DNA of 64,000 bases. Origin: Gekko japonicus. Its lineage: Eukaryota. The DNA is taken from the NCBI RefSeq assembly GCF_001447785.1, contig NW_015176464.1, forward strand, positions 1 through 64,000. Direction: 5' to 3'. The notes beneath the pieces were generated by a model. That model was not told where the DNA came from. It searched no databases and was given only the letters and a program-made list of their open reading frames with translations. Below, one piece after another: positions 49,041-62,735 of the stretch; the stretch's first letter is position 1, and every line of letters begins with the position of its first letter. Made by a program: the position numbers and the translations under genes.

Positions 49041-50955
49041 TAATTCTTACAACCAGAATGGCGGTTAATGCATATGAATGGGTGGTCTTAATGTATAGCA
49101 TCTTTCAACAAACAGCATGTACATAAGCTGGTACAAATTTTGTACTTCATGATATTGGTGTAATTATTTACTCTTTTGCACAACCTGCTTTTGTAATCTT
49201 TACAAATGGGAAAGGGGGTCCTTTTTTTAAGAGAGAAAAAAAAGAACAAACGAGTCCTTTTTATACAGACTTGACTCAAGGATTGTTATATGGATTATAA
49301 CCATTCAAGGTTTCACTGTCAACACAATGTATAGTTATGTAAATATTTAATATAAGAAAATATCCTTGGCCTACTTTAAATTAAATCTATTTTTACAGAA
49401 TGTGATGTTATTTTTTAATATATATATATATGTATATATAGGTTTTCTGAAATGGTCAAATGAGAATACAAATTTGCTATTAAAATAGTATTCAACTGTT
49501 TCTATCTGACTAGCACACAGAACTTAAGTCTTTTTGTTCCTTTTTTAAATGAAACCTATTCTGTAAGTTTTGTGAATGTTGTATTGGGGGCAAGGGGCTA
49601 TTCCAGAGGCCTTACTGCACCTTCTAAAGAATAGCAGCAGCCTTGGTAGCAGCAGGACCACCTGAAATTGGGGTGACATCTTAAACTCTGTCCTCAACCC
49701 AACCCCCAAAGTCCTTCACTAGCATCACAAGAAGTGCAGCAATTTCGGCTAATTGCAGCACCATCATTTGGCTCCTTAAAACTGAAATTTAAAAATGTTG
49801 TTACCGTTTTAGTGTGGTACCTTGGGTGCACTGCATTGCTTATTAGATGCTTCCTGTTACTGATTGCATTGACTTGCACCGTGTAATCTGCCTTGAGTCT
49901 CAGTAAGAAAGGTGGACTAAAAATAAAGTAGAAGAGTTGGTTTTTGTACCCTCCTTTTCCCTAGCATAAGGTGTCTCAAAGTGGCTTACAATTGCCTTCC
50001 CTTCCTCTTCCCACACCAGGCACCTTGTGAGGTAGATGGAGCTGAGAGAGTTCTGAGAAAACTATGACTGGCCCAAGGTCACCTAGCAGGCTTTATGGGG
50101 AGGACTGGGGAATCGAACCCAGTTCTCCAGATTAGAGTGTGCTGCTCTGAACCACTACACCATGCTGGCTCTCACACCAAGATGGCAAACAAGTAAACAA
50201 ATACTGATGGAAGGGTATAAATGCTCTAAGCTAATTATTGTGGAAAGCATGCAAGGTCAGACCCCTACAGTATTAAGGAGTTAAAATGGTTAGTTCCATA
50301 ATCCCTTAATACCTATGGAATCCTTGTTTGCAACCCCAGCCAGGACACAAGGAAGTTGCTTTAGGTATGCCCAAGGACCTAGGGTAGGCCAAATAGTATG
50401 ATAAAGTTGAATATTCCACACTACTCAGTTTCCAAGAAGTGTAGCATGTGGGCTGGGTCATTTTAAGAGCCATGTGCCACCTTTGGCCTTATTGCACTGT
50501 TCGTTTTGGATATGGCTGAGTCAGACTAAAAGAGGAATGGGATTGGCTGTAGATTTGCTAACCAACTGGAAATACAAGTTTGTTTCGCATTTTATAGGTG
50601 CAGTGTTCCAACGGAAATCTACCCAGAGCACCATATTTTGAGTGAGGCAGCTTCTATAAGCAATCTCGTAACTGCCTCACATAGGCCCCTTCACTGTTTT
50701 AGGCCTCGTTTTGTCGAACAGGCAACATACCCCTTGCTTCTCTTTCATATACCTCATGATGAGGTCTGAATACTGGATTCTGAAACCACAGTCCAGGGTT
50801 GCAGATCAAGTTATGCAGTTCATGCTAAGCAGTTGACACCCCTGACCTGGATAGTCCAGGCTAGCCCAACCTCATCAGATCTTGGAAGCTAAGCAGGGTT
50901 GGCCCTGGCTAGTATTTGGATGGGGGAAACCACCAAGGAACACCAGGGTTGTGAC

Positions 50956-51163
50956 CAATGTTCCCCTCTAAGCTGTGGAGTCTTGTGAGCAAAAATTCTG
51001 CTTTGTGAGCTACTGGCATTAAAGTTGTGAGCAAGCGACTGGGCTGCTGCCTAAATTAGTTTGCTCTGGAGCCATCCTTTCTGAGCGAAGACAAAAATGC
51101 GTGAGCCGGAGGCTAAAAAAACTGTGAGCTATCTCACACTAACTCAGCTTAGAGGGAACACTG
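50956..51163. mobile_element. hAT MITE inside a 5S-derived SINE
   Basis: TIR CAATGTTCCC(C)TCTAAGCTG / CAGCTTAGAGGGAACACTG, TSD GTTGTGAC / GTGGTGAC. Confidence 0.8.
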
Positions 51164-51598
51164 GTGGTGACACAGGGGCAGGCAATGGCAAACTGCCTCT
51201 ACATCTCTCGCTTTGAAAACCCTACTGGATCACCGTACGGCAGCTGTGACTTGACCAAAAAAAAGAGTTTGACACCCCACCCTCTACCCAAGGGAATAAA
51301 GAGTGATAAACACACCACGTATACTTTTCCTTACCCTTCTCATTCTGTGATCAGTCAACTCATTTCAAATGTATTTGTCAGGCTTTTTTAAAAAAAACCT
51401 AACAACCTTTTGTGTTCAAGGCTGAATACATAGAAAAGCATCTCAGCTAACAGGAACTCAGCAGTCACTTGATTTATTTAGCGTAGTCACGGAACAAAAT
51501 AAATTTGTACATTCAGTCACACGTTAAAAACAAGAATTACAAAGTAGTCCACGTTTACTGGAAGTGCATTTGTCAGGTGCTGCACATCTTCTGCTGCT

Positions 51599-54500
51599 TC
51601 ACTTGTATGTCTTCATATGCCAGAGCCCATCATTTAAATAGTGGATATTTTCAATGCCAATTCCTTTGTTGACTTTCTCACTGTGAAAGAAATAGGGTGG
51701 GAGGTAGGAAAAAGAAAAAGCATGTGTCTAATGAAACTTTTTGGAACACAGCCCAGCAGAACTAGTCTCCAAATCAAACTGTCATCTGGTTCAACTCAGC
51801 AAGAGAGACTCTCTGACTGACATTAGGTAGAATCCAAAACTACCAAGACACTGTGTAGATTACTGCTGGGGTGGCAGGGAGAGAAGCTGCACTGCAGCCA
51901 CTGTTAGGGATGCCTTCCTGGATTTTAACAAGCAAACCTGCAGGTCTGAATTCTAATTATGCCTCTCCTTCCAGCGTACCAGTCCTCCCTTAGAACTAAA
52001 ATCTCCCTCTCAAACAATGACCTTCTGGAGCACTCAGCAACTAATTTCACCAGAAATGGTGCTGGACACTCCCCTCCCCCACCCCACTGACCTTCTCTCA
52101 AATCATTTCAACAAACGCAATCTCGTTCACACCACACTTTTGCTTCTTGGCTGTTTATTGGGGGGTGGGGCACACACGCACATTTGGCCCAGGAGCCTCT
52201 GAATGCTGGTCCGTAATCTAGTGCAATGCTTTATACAACTATTTACTTACATGCATATTTGCTAAGAATCTTGGAAAGTGCTGACAGCAAGTGTGAGACA
52301 TTAAGTGACTGAGGACTACAACTTCTGCCCAAAAAACATCTGCCCTTCCATTCCCCACAACCAACACCTTGTGAGGTAGGTGGGGCTGAGAAAGTTGTGA
52401 GAGAACTGTGACTGACCCAAGGTCACCCAGCTGGCTTTATGTGGAGTAGCGGGGGATCAAACCTGGTTCTCCAGATTAGAATTTGCTGCTCTTAACCACT
52501 ACACCAATCTGGCTGGAGCAAGAGCAACAGGAACATCTCAGCCCCAAGTACAGGACAACTCATATTGCTGCCCTTTCAATGCCTTCATCTTACACCATGG
52601 CCTCTTAAAAAGAACTGTATTCAGTACATCTTAATTTACTCTTACTTAAAGGCCTATTGCTGGGCAAAAAGGTGGCACATAATTTAAATAAAGTTCTTGC
52701 AAATTCAGCTGCTATTCACACAAAAATGGAGGGGAATAAATGTATAATTACAACCAGTGATGATCGAACAAGAAAGGGTTTTCCATTATGCTCTTCTGAA
52801 CAAAGGAAACGGAATAGTTTTTATGAAGGAACCACACAAGTTTAGGGGGCATGACATAACTCCCAACAGGCTATGGACAATATACAAGAGTTGCAGAGGG
52901 TAATGTACAATTTCCACATCAGTGGTGGGGGACAACAATGCCAGATGATCTCTGAATCAATTAGTGGAACCAACAGCATAAGTCTGAAGAATCATTGCAG
53001 AGTGACATCTTGGACCAGCATTATTCCACTCTGTGACAGAATGATGGCATTTCCTTTTTAAAATTAAGACTCACATGTCTTCTGCTGACATCTTCATGAC
53101 TCCAACACACAGCGCATGTTGCTTTCCTTCTGCCATTATTGCCTACAACAGTCAGCTTAAGGAAAACATCTCACATGTTGTTAAACAAAAAAACAAAAGG
53201 AAAAAACCAGATTCACAAAATGGTAATTGGACTGAGAGCATCTGGAGAAACTAGTTAAATATATAGCTATTGAGAACGCTAGGCAGTCTGCTTTATATAC
53301 TACTAGCTAGTTTACACGTAGAGGAAAAAGAATTTCTAAATCTTTTAAAAAGTTTTTAAAATTCTGTTTAAAAAGTATTTTTTTCACTGGCACTTTCATC
53401 AGCACTGTATAAGCCACTTTGATCCTGTGCAGATTGTGGGAAAGGCAGGATATATCTATAGCTATCTTATATTTATCTATATCTCTATCTATCTATCTCT
53501 CTCTCTCTATATATATATATACACACACATACATACACACACACCCCTAAATACAAACAAACCACAACTCCTATACAGAGTTGAGAGTGATCCTAGAGAG
53601 ACATAGAAGAGGGTCTGCCAATTCCTTGGTCCAGCCCCTGAAATTAGAAAGAGGAACAGGTTGAAGAACTCATTCAAGGGACTGAATGTTCTTTTAAAAA
53701 AAAAATAGAACACTTCAGAAATTAAAGAGTCTCATTGTAAGATAGTTCCTTGAGTCAGTTCTCAGATTTGTAACCCATTAGACTAATACTGCAAGATGAC
53801 GGGGGGGAAACACAATAATTCAAAGCCACACTCTTCTTCATATAAGTAATCTCTGCCATGTGCTATAGTGAAAGCTAAATAGAGACCAACTACCCAAGGA
53901 TACCACAATTGTATCTGCAGCAGCAGGGTAAAGTTTCGCTCCTGGAGAAGTCAGACCAGGACACATTATATTTGCTCCACTAAGTACAAATTTAATGGCT
54001 CCTTTATCAACCTGTTGATGTGGTAGAATGAATGGATCTAGGAATGGGGAAAAAGTTAGTATCAGAAGAGATATGACACCAGTTGGGCTTAATAATATAC
54101 CGGAACATCTAATACAAGGGTCATTTAGTGTATGTCAGCAACAGTCTACTTTCTAGGATGAATGAGTGGACTGAGAAGAACTTACTGTGTTGTTGGACAC
54201 AATTATCAAGGCATTCCCTTACAGGCCATCAAAATACAGTATTCAACAGTTTCCCTAAAAGATTCATTTTCTGACGCAAGCTTTATTACATTTTGTCTAC
54301 ACTGCATCCACATGGATAAAATTTAAATCCATAAGCGCATGGTCTTCCTTCAGTGCCAGGCCCATTAACTCCTTCCTCCACATCTGTAAGGAATGGTCAA
54401 GAGTAGCAACTGCCTTATATTTTCTCTCCACTCATCAGATGCAGAACACAAGAATTTAACAGAGTTCCGGCATCTCGTTTAATATCTGTTGAATACAGAT

Positions 54501-57253
54501 CCAAATATGAAGGACAGAAAGAAAAAAGATTAGGGACCAACATCACCAAGAAAATACATTTTTGAACACCTCCAGCCCATCTAGAACAGCACATTTTGCA
54601 AACAGAATAATCATGTTAAAAATGTAAACAACAGAAGTGTCACAGTGTTAACAGGCAAGCCTCTGCAGACAGCAGAACACAAGCTGGAAGCAAGAAAAGG
54701 TGAGAAACGTAAATACAGAGTGGAACAAACAGGCAACCTATTTGCTAGACAAGTTGAAAGTATAAAGTTAAAGGCAGACAACAGAATCTGAAAACTTCAC
54801 ACACACCACACGGAGGCAGCCACAATGCGAAGAAGTCTGAAATACCGCACAGAAGGTACAGCTTGGCACAAACTAGCTAGCTCTTTAAGTTCTAATGGAG
54901 CAGTAACTTGGGCACATTCAAGTGTAGATAACACACCTGTTTCAATAATGCAACCCCTTCTCCCCACAGTGCCCCCATTTTCACTCCCACACTTACATTT
55001 ATGAAGTAATCTCAGCGTTGGATAGAAAGGCCCTTCTCTTTGCCTGAAGAACAGTAATTCTCCATTTACTGTGAGGATTTCTATATGTTCGTGACTGGAA
55101 GACACAAAGTTAGCTAAAGGTTTAAAAGGTGATTTGGAATGGGGTGGGATTTTTCCACACAAGAGAAATAATTAATCTCTCGCATATTTACAGCATTTTG
55201 TGTACATTACAACATAGTTTAAAGGAATATATCATCCAATATTTATGTCCACTCAGCTAGATAAAAATCATGTCTCAGGGTAGATCTCCCCTCTGGGGTT
55301 ATTATTCATTGTAAACCCAAAAAGACAGGTTTGGCCTTCTGGTTCTATGGAGCAGTCTACAAACTATACAAAAGACTTTTAAAATTTGATTAAGCAAACC
55401 ACCAATTTTGATATTCTAGCATCATTACCAATGACCCAGGCAAATACACTTCAGAAGTAAAAGCAACTTGAAGAACACTGTAATAGGAGATACTCACCAT
55501 CGTACTATCTTGACAGGATCTTTCTTTGGCATAATTTGGTTTAGCCATGGCTCAATACCAGGAAACTGATCTAGCAGTTGGTTCTTAATGCCTTTAATAA
55601 CAGATGTTTTTAACTGGATGCAGTTGGATACATTTTCCTTTTCATCAAATCTGTCAGATAAATCAAAGTGTTTCAGAGGTGATCTCCAGATTCACCACTT
55701 ATTCCTGCCTCACCAGTTTAATTGTAAGTCAACAATATACTTTACAGAAGCAAGAAAGGGCTGAGCTGGGGGGGGGGGGACTTTAAGTATCTAAACACCC
55801 AATTAATGGTGACTTCTTAAAATATTCTGGTGCTGAGATATTTCAGATATTCTCCCACTCTGATTTTAATAACACTGTTTCCTTTTGTGAAAGCATACTT
55901 CAATGTGATTGTGCCTTCTCCTGCATTACCCACAATGATATACATTCATGAGTATGTTTAGCAACTAAAGTTTTAAGCAATTCAGTATCAAGAAGGATTA
56001 GCAAGTTGCACATAATTACAGCAATTAACACTCAAATGTCTAGACTACATTTTAAAACCTACCCTTTATATCAGAGACAACATTAATTCAATCTTGTACT
56101 TTTCTTCTACAAGAATCCCCATGCTTCACACCCACGCATATTAAATTTTCAAAGCAAGAACCTCCCTTTTTTAATATTTGTGGCATAACTTATTGTGTTC
56201 GCTGAAGCAGGGAACAGGCTCTTGTTTAAGAACAGCACAAGTGCATTGTTGACTCTGGCCAGTGTCCCCTATTTCAGTATTCTCTGCAAGAAGTCCCAGC
56301 AAATAGCATGCACTAAATGTCTGCAGTTGTAATTTTCCACTATTTGCTAAATCAACATTTTTTTTATTTCTGAAAGTGTACAAAATATCTACAATAAATG
56401 CTAGGCAACCAAAGGTCTACTTTCAGACTACTCCTGTTCTAAAGTTCCTAGAGAGCTATGAAAAAAACACTTGGAAAAAGAGGCCTTAAACCAGTTCCCT
56501 TGCTCTTCCAAACCCTGTGTCTGCAAAACCTTTCCTCGCCACTCCAGTACTTTCACCACTCACATCCCTTTCACCACCTCTGGCAATCCCAATTTACTTA
56601 CTTGAAAATAAATCCATCCAAACAGGACTTGCCTCCCATATCCCAGAAATACATTTCTACATACCATGGAGACAGGAGATAAAGAAAAATGACACACAAC
56701 GCAGAGAGAGAGAGAACTCCCTTGGGAGGTCTACAAGATGTCAGGGGCTTCACCATACCAATATCCTCATCTCCCTCCCTGTGGTTTTTGCCTTTAGCAA
56801 CATTGCGCCTCTTGCAGCATACTCAGTCCCCATTTAGCCAAAGGATGCGTTGGGGCGGGGGGGGGGGGGGGGAGTTTTTTTTTTCGGTTATTTTTAAAAT
56901 CGTCTCTTTCTACATACCCTGCACATGTAGAGGCCGCTAAATTACCTACAGCTGGCTTAGTTTCACCGCGTTTGTGATTTAGCATGGGCCGCGGTCATTT
57001 TACTATCAGATCATATTGCATTTAATCGCACTCTTTCTCCAGGCAGCTTAGGGAGGGGTGTGTGTGTGAATTCTTCTCCCCTTTTATTTTCACAATTCCG
57101 CGAGAGCTTTCATTTTTAAAATGCTGTTGCTTCTTGCAATAGTAATAAATAACAGAAACCAAGACACACCCGATGACCACCACATCCCCACCCCTCAGAG
57201 ATCATCACTGTGTATCAGTTTCCAGCTTCACTCCCTACTCACTTCTTAAACAT
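51599..57253 (-). CDS. MCTS1: MCTS1 re-initiation and release factor, 181 aa; coding exons 57243-57253, 55498-55650, 54997-55094, 53904-54037, 53075-53142, 51599-51680
   Basis: Spliced translation [29 protein letters not shown]...[65 protein letters not shown]...[14 protein letters not shown]; exons sum to 546 nt; all GT-AG; AATAAA at 51473-51478. Confidence 0.98.
53455..53545. repeat. Compound microsatellite (TATC)n(TC)n(TA)n(CA)n
   Basis: Directly visible. Confidence 0.9.
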
Positions 57254-57620
57254 CCTGGGGGCGCTGGGTCCCCGCACGTCCGGGCGGAGCGAGGACCTGG
57301 GAGGGTGGGGGTTGGCACCCACTGGCTCCCGATTTGACCCTCCTCACTCTCACACGAGGCCCTTCAGGCCCTCCCTTCTCTTCTGCACCAGACGGAAAGG
57401 AAATCGGCGTCACTTTACGGCCGTCGCGTCGTGAAGCGCTGCCCCGCCGCACCTTTCCCGAGCGAACGAAACACCCTGAGTCACTTACAGGAAGAGAAAG
57501 ACTACAACTCCCACTAGGCAATTCGTGTAGGAAACATTAAGGCCGGTAGAGTTGATCCAGCCTTCTTCCTTGCCTAATCTCGGCACAGCCGTTGCCATGG
57601 AGACCTTCATCCGTTTATGT
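57254..57620 (-). promoter_or_regulatory. MCTS1: MCTS1 5'UTR / CpG-island promoter
   Basis: CpG-rich segment just upstream of the ATG; ZNF143-type ACTACAACTCCCA at 57501-57513. Confidence 0.65.
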
Positions 57621-57764
57621 TGGCCCACATACCAAAACCAGGCACCAAGAGCCGATTTAAAGTGCCCTGTTTATGCCCTGGAGTTGCCCCCAAAATAAAT
57701 GCTCCCTCTCATTTTTGAAATAACGTAATTTTACGGTAGTAATTCCAGTGGAGTAATTATGTTA

Positions 57765-58125
57765 GGCCCCGGTCACACAGGCCGGATATGGGGGGGAGGC
57801 GTGGCTAATTGCCCCAGCGCAGTTTGATGCGCAATTACACGATCAGACGCACCAACAGCACGCCACGGGTCGTTCCCTTGGCGCAGGTGGGCAAACAAGG
57901 GACCAGAGGGGAATGCGGCGCGCTGACACGATCACACCACGGGCATCTGGAGGCAGCCCATGGCAAACATTTACTAGTACCTTGGAGGTACTAGTTTTTT
58001 TAAGGCGCATTGTCGGCGGTAAGCCATCGGTGTGCTCCACTTCCCAGATGTTGGGGTGTGATCGCGGCCAGATCGCGGCCCACCATCCGTGCCTCCCGCG
58101 GCAACTTTGCCGTGTGACCGGGGCC
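57765..58125. mobile_element. PIF/Harbinger-type MITE
   Basis: Perfect TIR GGCCCCGGTCACAC / GTGTGACCGGGGCC, TSD TTA. Confidence 0.85.
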
Positions 58126-58733
58126 TTAGTCTGTTGGGACAAAAAGGTGCCACAGGACTTCTATTTTATTTTGCTATAACAGGCCAACATCTATCCCACT
58201 GAAGCAGCAAAAATAAACAATTGTAAAGCACATTAGAGTAACATGGGGGGGGGGGGGTTGTAGTCCTCAATTTATACCATAATAAAACCATGTTTGCTAC
58301 ATCTTACTAGAACAGCCATAAAAAGAATAGTGTGGCAAAGCTAGGGTTGCCAGGTCTGGGTTGGAAAAGACCTGGAGACTTTGGGGGTGGATCTAGGTGG
58401 GGTTTGGGGAGGGGCCTCAGCATGGTACAATGCCATAGAGTCCACCCTTCAAAGCAGCCATTTTCACCAGGGGAGCTGATCTCAGTCAGCTGAAGGTCAG
58501 TTGTAAAAGCAGGAGATCCCCAGGCCCCACCTGGAGGCGGGCAATCCTAGGCAAGGCTATGTAAAAATCATTAATCAGAAAAAGCACAAAGCCTGGTAAG
58601 ATTTTTTTTATTTCTGGCTTAACCAAACCACGATAAAAATGTTAAAACCTATATTGAATGAGGAATCTGCAGTCCTTGTTAATTTCTTCACACATAGCAT
58701 CAAATTTACTGAAGTCTAACCCAGTAATTTCAG

Positions 58734-59389
58734 ATTCAGGTGGGTAGCCATGTTGGTCTGAAGCAGCAGAACGAACGTTGAGCCCAGTGGCACCTTTAAG
58801 ACCTACAAAGTTTTATCCAAGGTATAAACTTTCGAGTGCACACACACTTTCAGATTCAATGAAATGGAAATTACCACTCCATACATATAGGTAGAGAGTG
58901 AGCAGTAAATTAGCACACAGCATAATAAAGATGTTTAACAGATTCAAGGACCAAACAGGAATAACATGATAAATATATATGGTTACCATTTGTTTGGGTT
59001 TAATTCTGAGGGAAAACATAGTGAACGAAATAAATGTCAAAGGTGGAGCGTAACGGCAGGGTCTCTGTTAATTACTCTCAGCATTCCACAATTAAGGATA
59101 CATCTGCCCATCAATCTCCAACTTGACAGTTATTTCATTCACCGTTTTCCCTCAGAATTAAACCCAAACAAATGGTAACCATATACACTTAGCTAGTTAT
59201 TCCTGTTTGGTCCTTGAATCTGTTAGACATCTTTATTATGCTGTGTGCTAATTTACTGCTCACCCTCTACCTATATGTATAGACTGGTCATTTCCATTTC
59301 ATTGTATCTGAATAAGTGTGTGTGCACATGAAAGCTTATACCTTGAATAAAAATTTGTCTTAAAGGTTCCACTGAGCTCAAACTTTGTT
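58734..59389. mobile_element. Penelope-like element remnant with inverted pseudo-LTR arms
   Basis: ~250-bp inverted arms, 13-bp TSD CCAGTAATTTCAG, degenerate hammerhead core CTGAATAAGTGTGTGTGCACATGAAAG. Confidence 0.75.
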
Positions 59390-60899
59390 CCAGTAATTTC
59401 AGGCTAGAGTCTTCTCTTGAAGTTCTTCTGTTGGAGAACAGTGACTCTCAGGTCCCTGCCACACGGCAGGGAATTAGGTGCTAGTACCGCGGCTAAAGTG
59501 AGCCGCGGCAAAGTTGGGACGGCGCGGCGGGATCTCACAGATCCCCCGAGCCGCGTCGCAACGCTCCCCGGCACGATCAGATGCCGGGGAGAACGCAGCG
59601 GTGGGAAGGGGAGCCTGGCGAACTGCGCATGCTCACACATGCGCAGTTCGGCCAGGAGCCGGGGATGCGCCGGCGCAAGGACGCGCCGGCGATCCCACGG
59701 CCAGCGTTGCCGCAGCATTGCTGCGGCCCTCCTTTCTTCCCCCATTTCTTCCAATATAAGTAGCTACCCATATCACACATATAGGAAGCAGTGCAATATA
59801 CATAATGCTGCTTCCAGTTTCATCCTCAACTGTAAAACTTCACACAAGTCCATAATATTGTGTTCACTTCAAGCTTGCAATCTAGTCTGCACCTGCTTAA
59901 GAAGCTACAAAACTTGGCTCTGCAAAGCTGTTTGTATAGAAGATTTTCACCAAGTTACCAGGACAGGGGCAAAACAGAACAGAAATCTATAATCCTTCAA
60001 AGAATTTGCCCAACAACATAATCTCTAGTATAAAAGAAAGGTAGGTCAACATAGATGTAAGAGGGGTGTAACTGCATACAATGATCCTGCTCCTTTTTCA
60101 AAACAAAGATGAAAGTTCACAAGAATACAAAGATGAATAAATCAATAGAAACTCGTGTCAAACGAAACCACACAACTAAGAGGAATAAAATATGTTTCGA
60201 AAGGTTGTGAAAAGGTAAGATAGAATGCTTAATAGTGAAAAAGGAGACTATAACTCTAGTGACTGTAGTAGAGTGGGGGGAGGGGGGTATTTATTATTGC
60301 CTTAATTTACACCATGGTTCTCTCCCCAATGACGTTCTGAAGTTTATTCTCCTCTCCTCATAACAACTCTGTGATGTGGATAAGGCTGAGAGTGTGTGAC
60401 CAACTCAAGGTCACGAAGCAAACTTCCATGGCAGAGTGGAGATTTGAATTCAGGTCTCCCAGATCCTAGTCTGATACTAACCACTACAGCATGTTGGCTT
60501 TTAAAGAGGACTTTATACTATAAAAAAATAAATAAAGGGCAGATCAAACCGTAAGTGTTGCTGATGGTGTCAAAAGAATGCAGATTTCACATGCATTAGC
60601 AGAACCATTAGGAATATGTGCGTATGCAAAAAATAAAAATCTAGAGAAATAACTGTGTCAGTCTGTTGTACATAAAATAAAAATGTCATTGTAGGTACTA
60701 TAGATTAAACCAATTTATTATTGCAGAAGCTTGCTTCATTAGATGCATGAATACCTAAAGGGGCGGGAATGTAAACCAAAGCTGCAGCCCTATGGAAACT
60801 TACTTTGGAGTTGCTCCATTAAACTCACCGGGACTTACTTGTGTGTAAATCAGTATCGGGTTCAGGCTCAACTCTTAATGGACAGTTAAGCACATTTAA

Positions 60900-62182
60900 C
60901 GCTGCATCGGATCACAGCCAAATGATGCCGAGATGCAAAATGAAACCAAGCGAGGAACCAAGGCGTTCCCCTCCCCGTTTCCCTCAACCCATTCCTGGCC
61001 AAGGAAAGAAGGGGAGAACACGCCTCCTAAGCCTGCCCCTGAAATGGGCAGGGAGAAGACAAGGGAGGGAAGCTGCATTCGAGAGATCCCAACCGCTCCT
61101 TTCTTCCAAGCTTTTACTCCCCCCACCCTGGGAAGCCCGCACGGCTCCATCCGATGGGGCTCAAACCCCGCCGGGCCACGGGAAAAAGAAAGGCCACCCG
61201 AAAATCCGCTACAGGGGGCGGGGGGCAACAAGGCTGCTCAGCGCACCCGCCCATCCTTTCTCGGAGAAAAGTGCGGTGGCCCCGCCTCTTTCCATAAGGA
61301 AGCTTCAAGCGCTGGAGCGCGAGGATTTTCCAACGGACCAGCCATCCCATGGCTGGGCGCGCGAGAGGCCAGCAGCAGCCACCCGGCAACATGATCACTT
61401 CCGGTAGGTCAGAGGACAGAGGAAGGCGGGTGGGGTGCTAGGTAGCGAGGGGGGGGGGAGAGAAGGCCGAGGCGGGGGAGGGAAGGGACGCGAGGAAAGG
61501 CCGAGGCGCGAGAGGCAGGGCCGACCACCTTCCTGCCAGAGCCTGGCCAGCCTCTTTCGTCTGGTTGAGCCCCACAGGGGGGAACTTGAAGTCGGTTCCG
61601 AGGCGCCCGGCAATGCTTCCGGGCGGGGCGGCCTCCCGACATGCCTAGCAACCGGATGCACCGCCATCTTTAGCCTCCCTGCCTCTCAGCTCTAGTATTG
61701 ACAATAACAAGCCGCGATCCCAGGCCGGCCTCCCTCTCCCCCCCTCCCTCTCTTGGCAACGAAAGAGGAGGAGGAAGTGGAGGGGAAGTGAGAGAAGGAG
61801 AAGGGAGCTCGACTCCCCTCTCCTTCCTCAGGAGAGAGGTGGCCTCGGGCAGGGGGACGAGAGTGAGAAAGAGGGACCCTGCCCGCTTCTTGGAGCGGAG
61901 AAGGGGGCAGAGCCGAGAAGGAGGCCTGCCAGCATCGGGAACGGGGAGAGGCGTTCGCTCACTCGGGGCAGGCAGAACTCCCTGAGAGAAGAAACCAACC
62001 AGAGGGGGAGGGCAGACAAGAAGCGCTTCTCCTGATCGAGGGGGACCTGCTTGGCAAGGAGGCACAAGCTTTGGATCCCGCCGGCAAGGCAGAGCTCTTC
62101 AGTTACCAACTCGGTCTCTTTCTGCGTGTCTGTCACACCAGCAGGATTTGATGCCCTTCAGCCTGCTCACCTCTGTGTGTTC
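60900..62182 (+). promoter_or_regulatory. CUL4B: CUL4B CpG-island promoter region
   Basis: GC/CpG-rich, GC boxes, YY1 motif CCGCCATCTT at 61661-61670. Confidence 0.75.
61391..61403 (+). CDS. CUL4B: Probable alternative CUL4B first coding micro-exon (MITS-G)
   Basis: GCAACATG ATC ACT TCC G|GTAGGT; joins in frame to acceptor TTTCCCACAG|GT at 62195/62196 giving [12 protein letters not shown]. Confidence 0.55.
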
Positions 62183-62735
62183 ATGTTTCCCACAGGTTTC
62201 TCTTCCCCCAACCCCTCAGCAGCAGCAGCTCAGGAGGTCAGACCTGCCACTGATGGTAGCAGCAGTAGCTCCTCCTCCTCGTCCTCCTCTAAGAAGAGAA
62301 AATTAAATAGTAATAGTAACAGTAGTGAGAGAGAAGAGGTTGACGCCATCTCCTCCTGCTCTTCCCTTCTTTCCAAAGCCAACTCTTCCTCCTCCACATC
62401 CTCCTCTGTCAACACCACTGCTTCTACTGCCTCCTGTTCCTCCTCGGGGGTTGCCTCTTCCAACCATCACCTGCAGAAGAAGTTGCGCTTTGAGGACTCA
62501 TTGGATTTTATTGGACTTGATGTGAAGATGGCTGAAGAGTCTTCCTCTTCATCCCCTGCTGCCTCTTCTCAGCAGCAGCACCAGCAGCAACTCAAAAATA
62601 AAAGCCTTTTAATTTCCTCAGTAGCTGTGGGACACCACGCAAATGGCCTGACCAAAGCTGCCTCCTCCACTGTCTCCAGTTTTGCCAACAGTAAACCTGG
62701 TTCAGCCAAGAAGTTAGTGATCAAGAACTTTAAAG
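62183..62735 (+). CDS. CUL4B: Cullin-4B, large N-terminal coding exon (gene continues beyond the window)
   Basis: [20 protein letters not shown]...KKRKLN (NLS)...[22 protein letters not shown]...[15 protein letters not shown] then G|GTAAC donor. Confidence 0.96.

Noticed and set aside
60841-62136. Several 80-190 aa ORFs in the CUL4B CpG island
   Set aside because: GC-rich stop-poor promoter DNA with low-complexity translations
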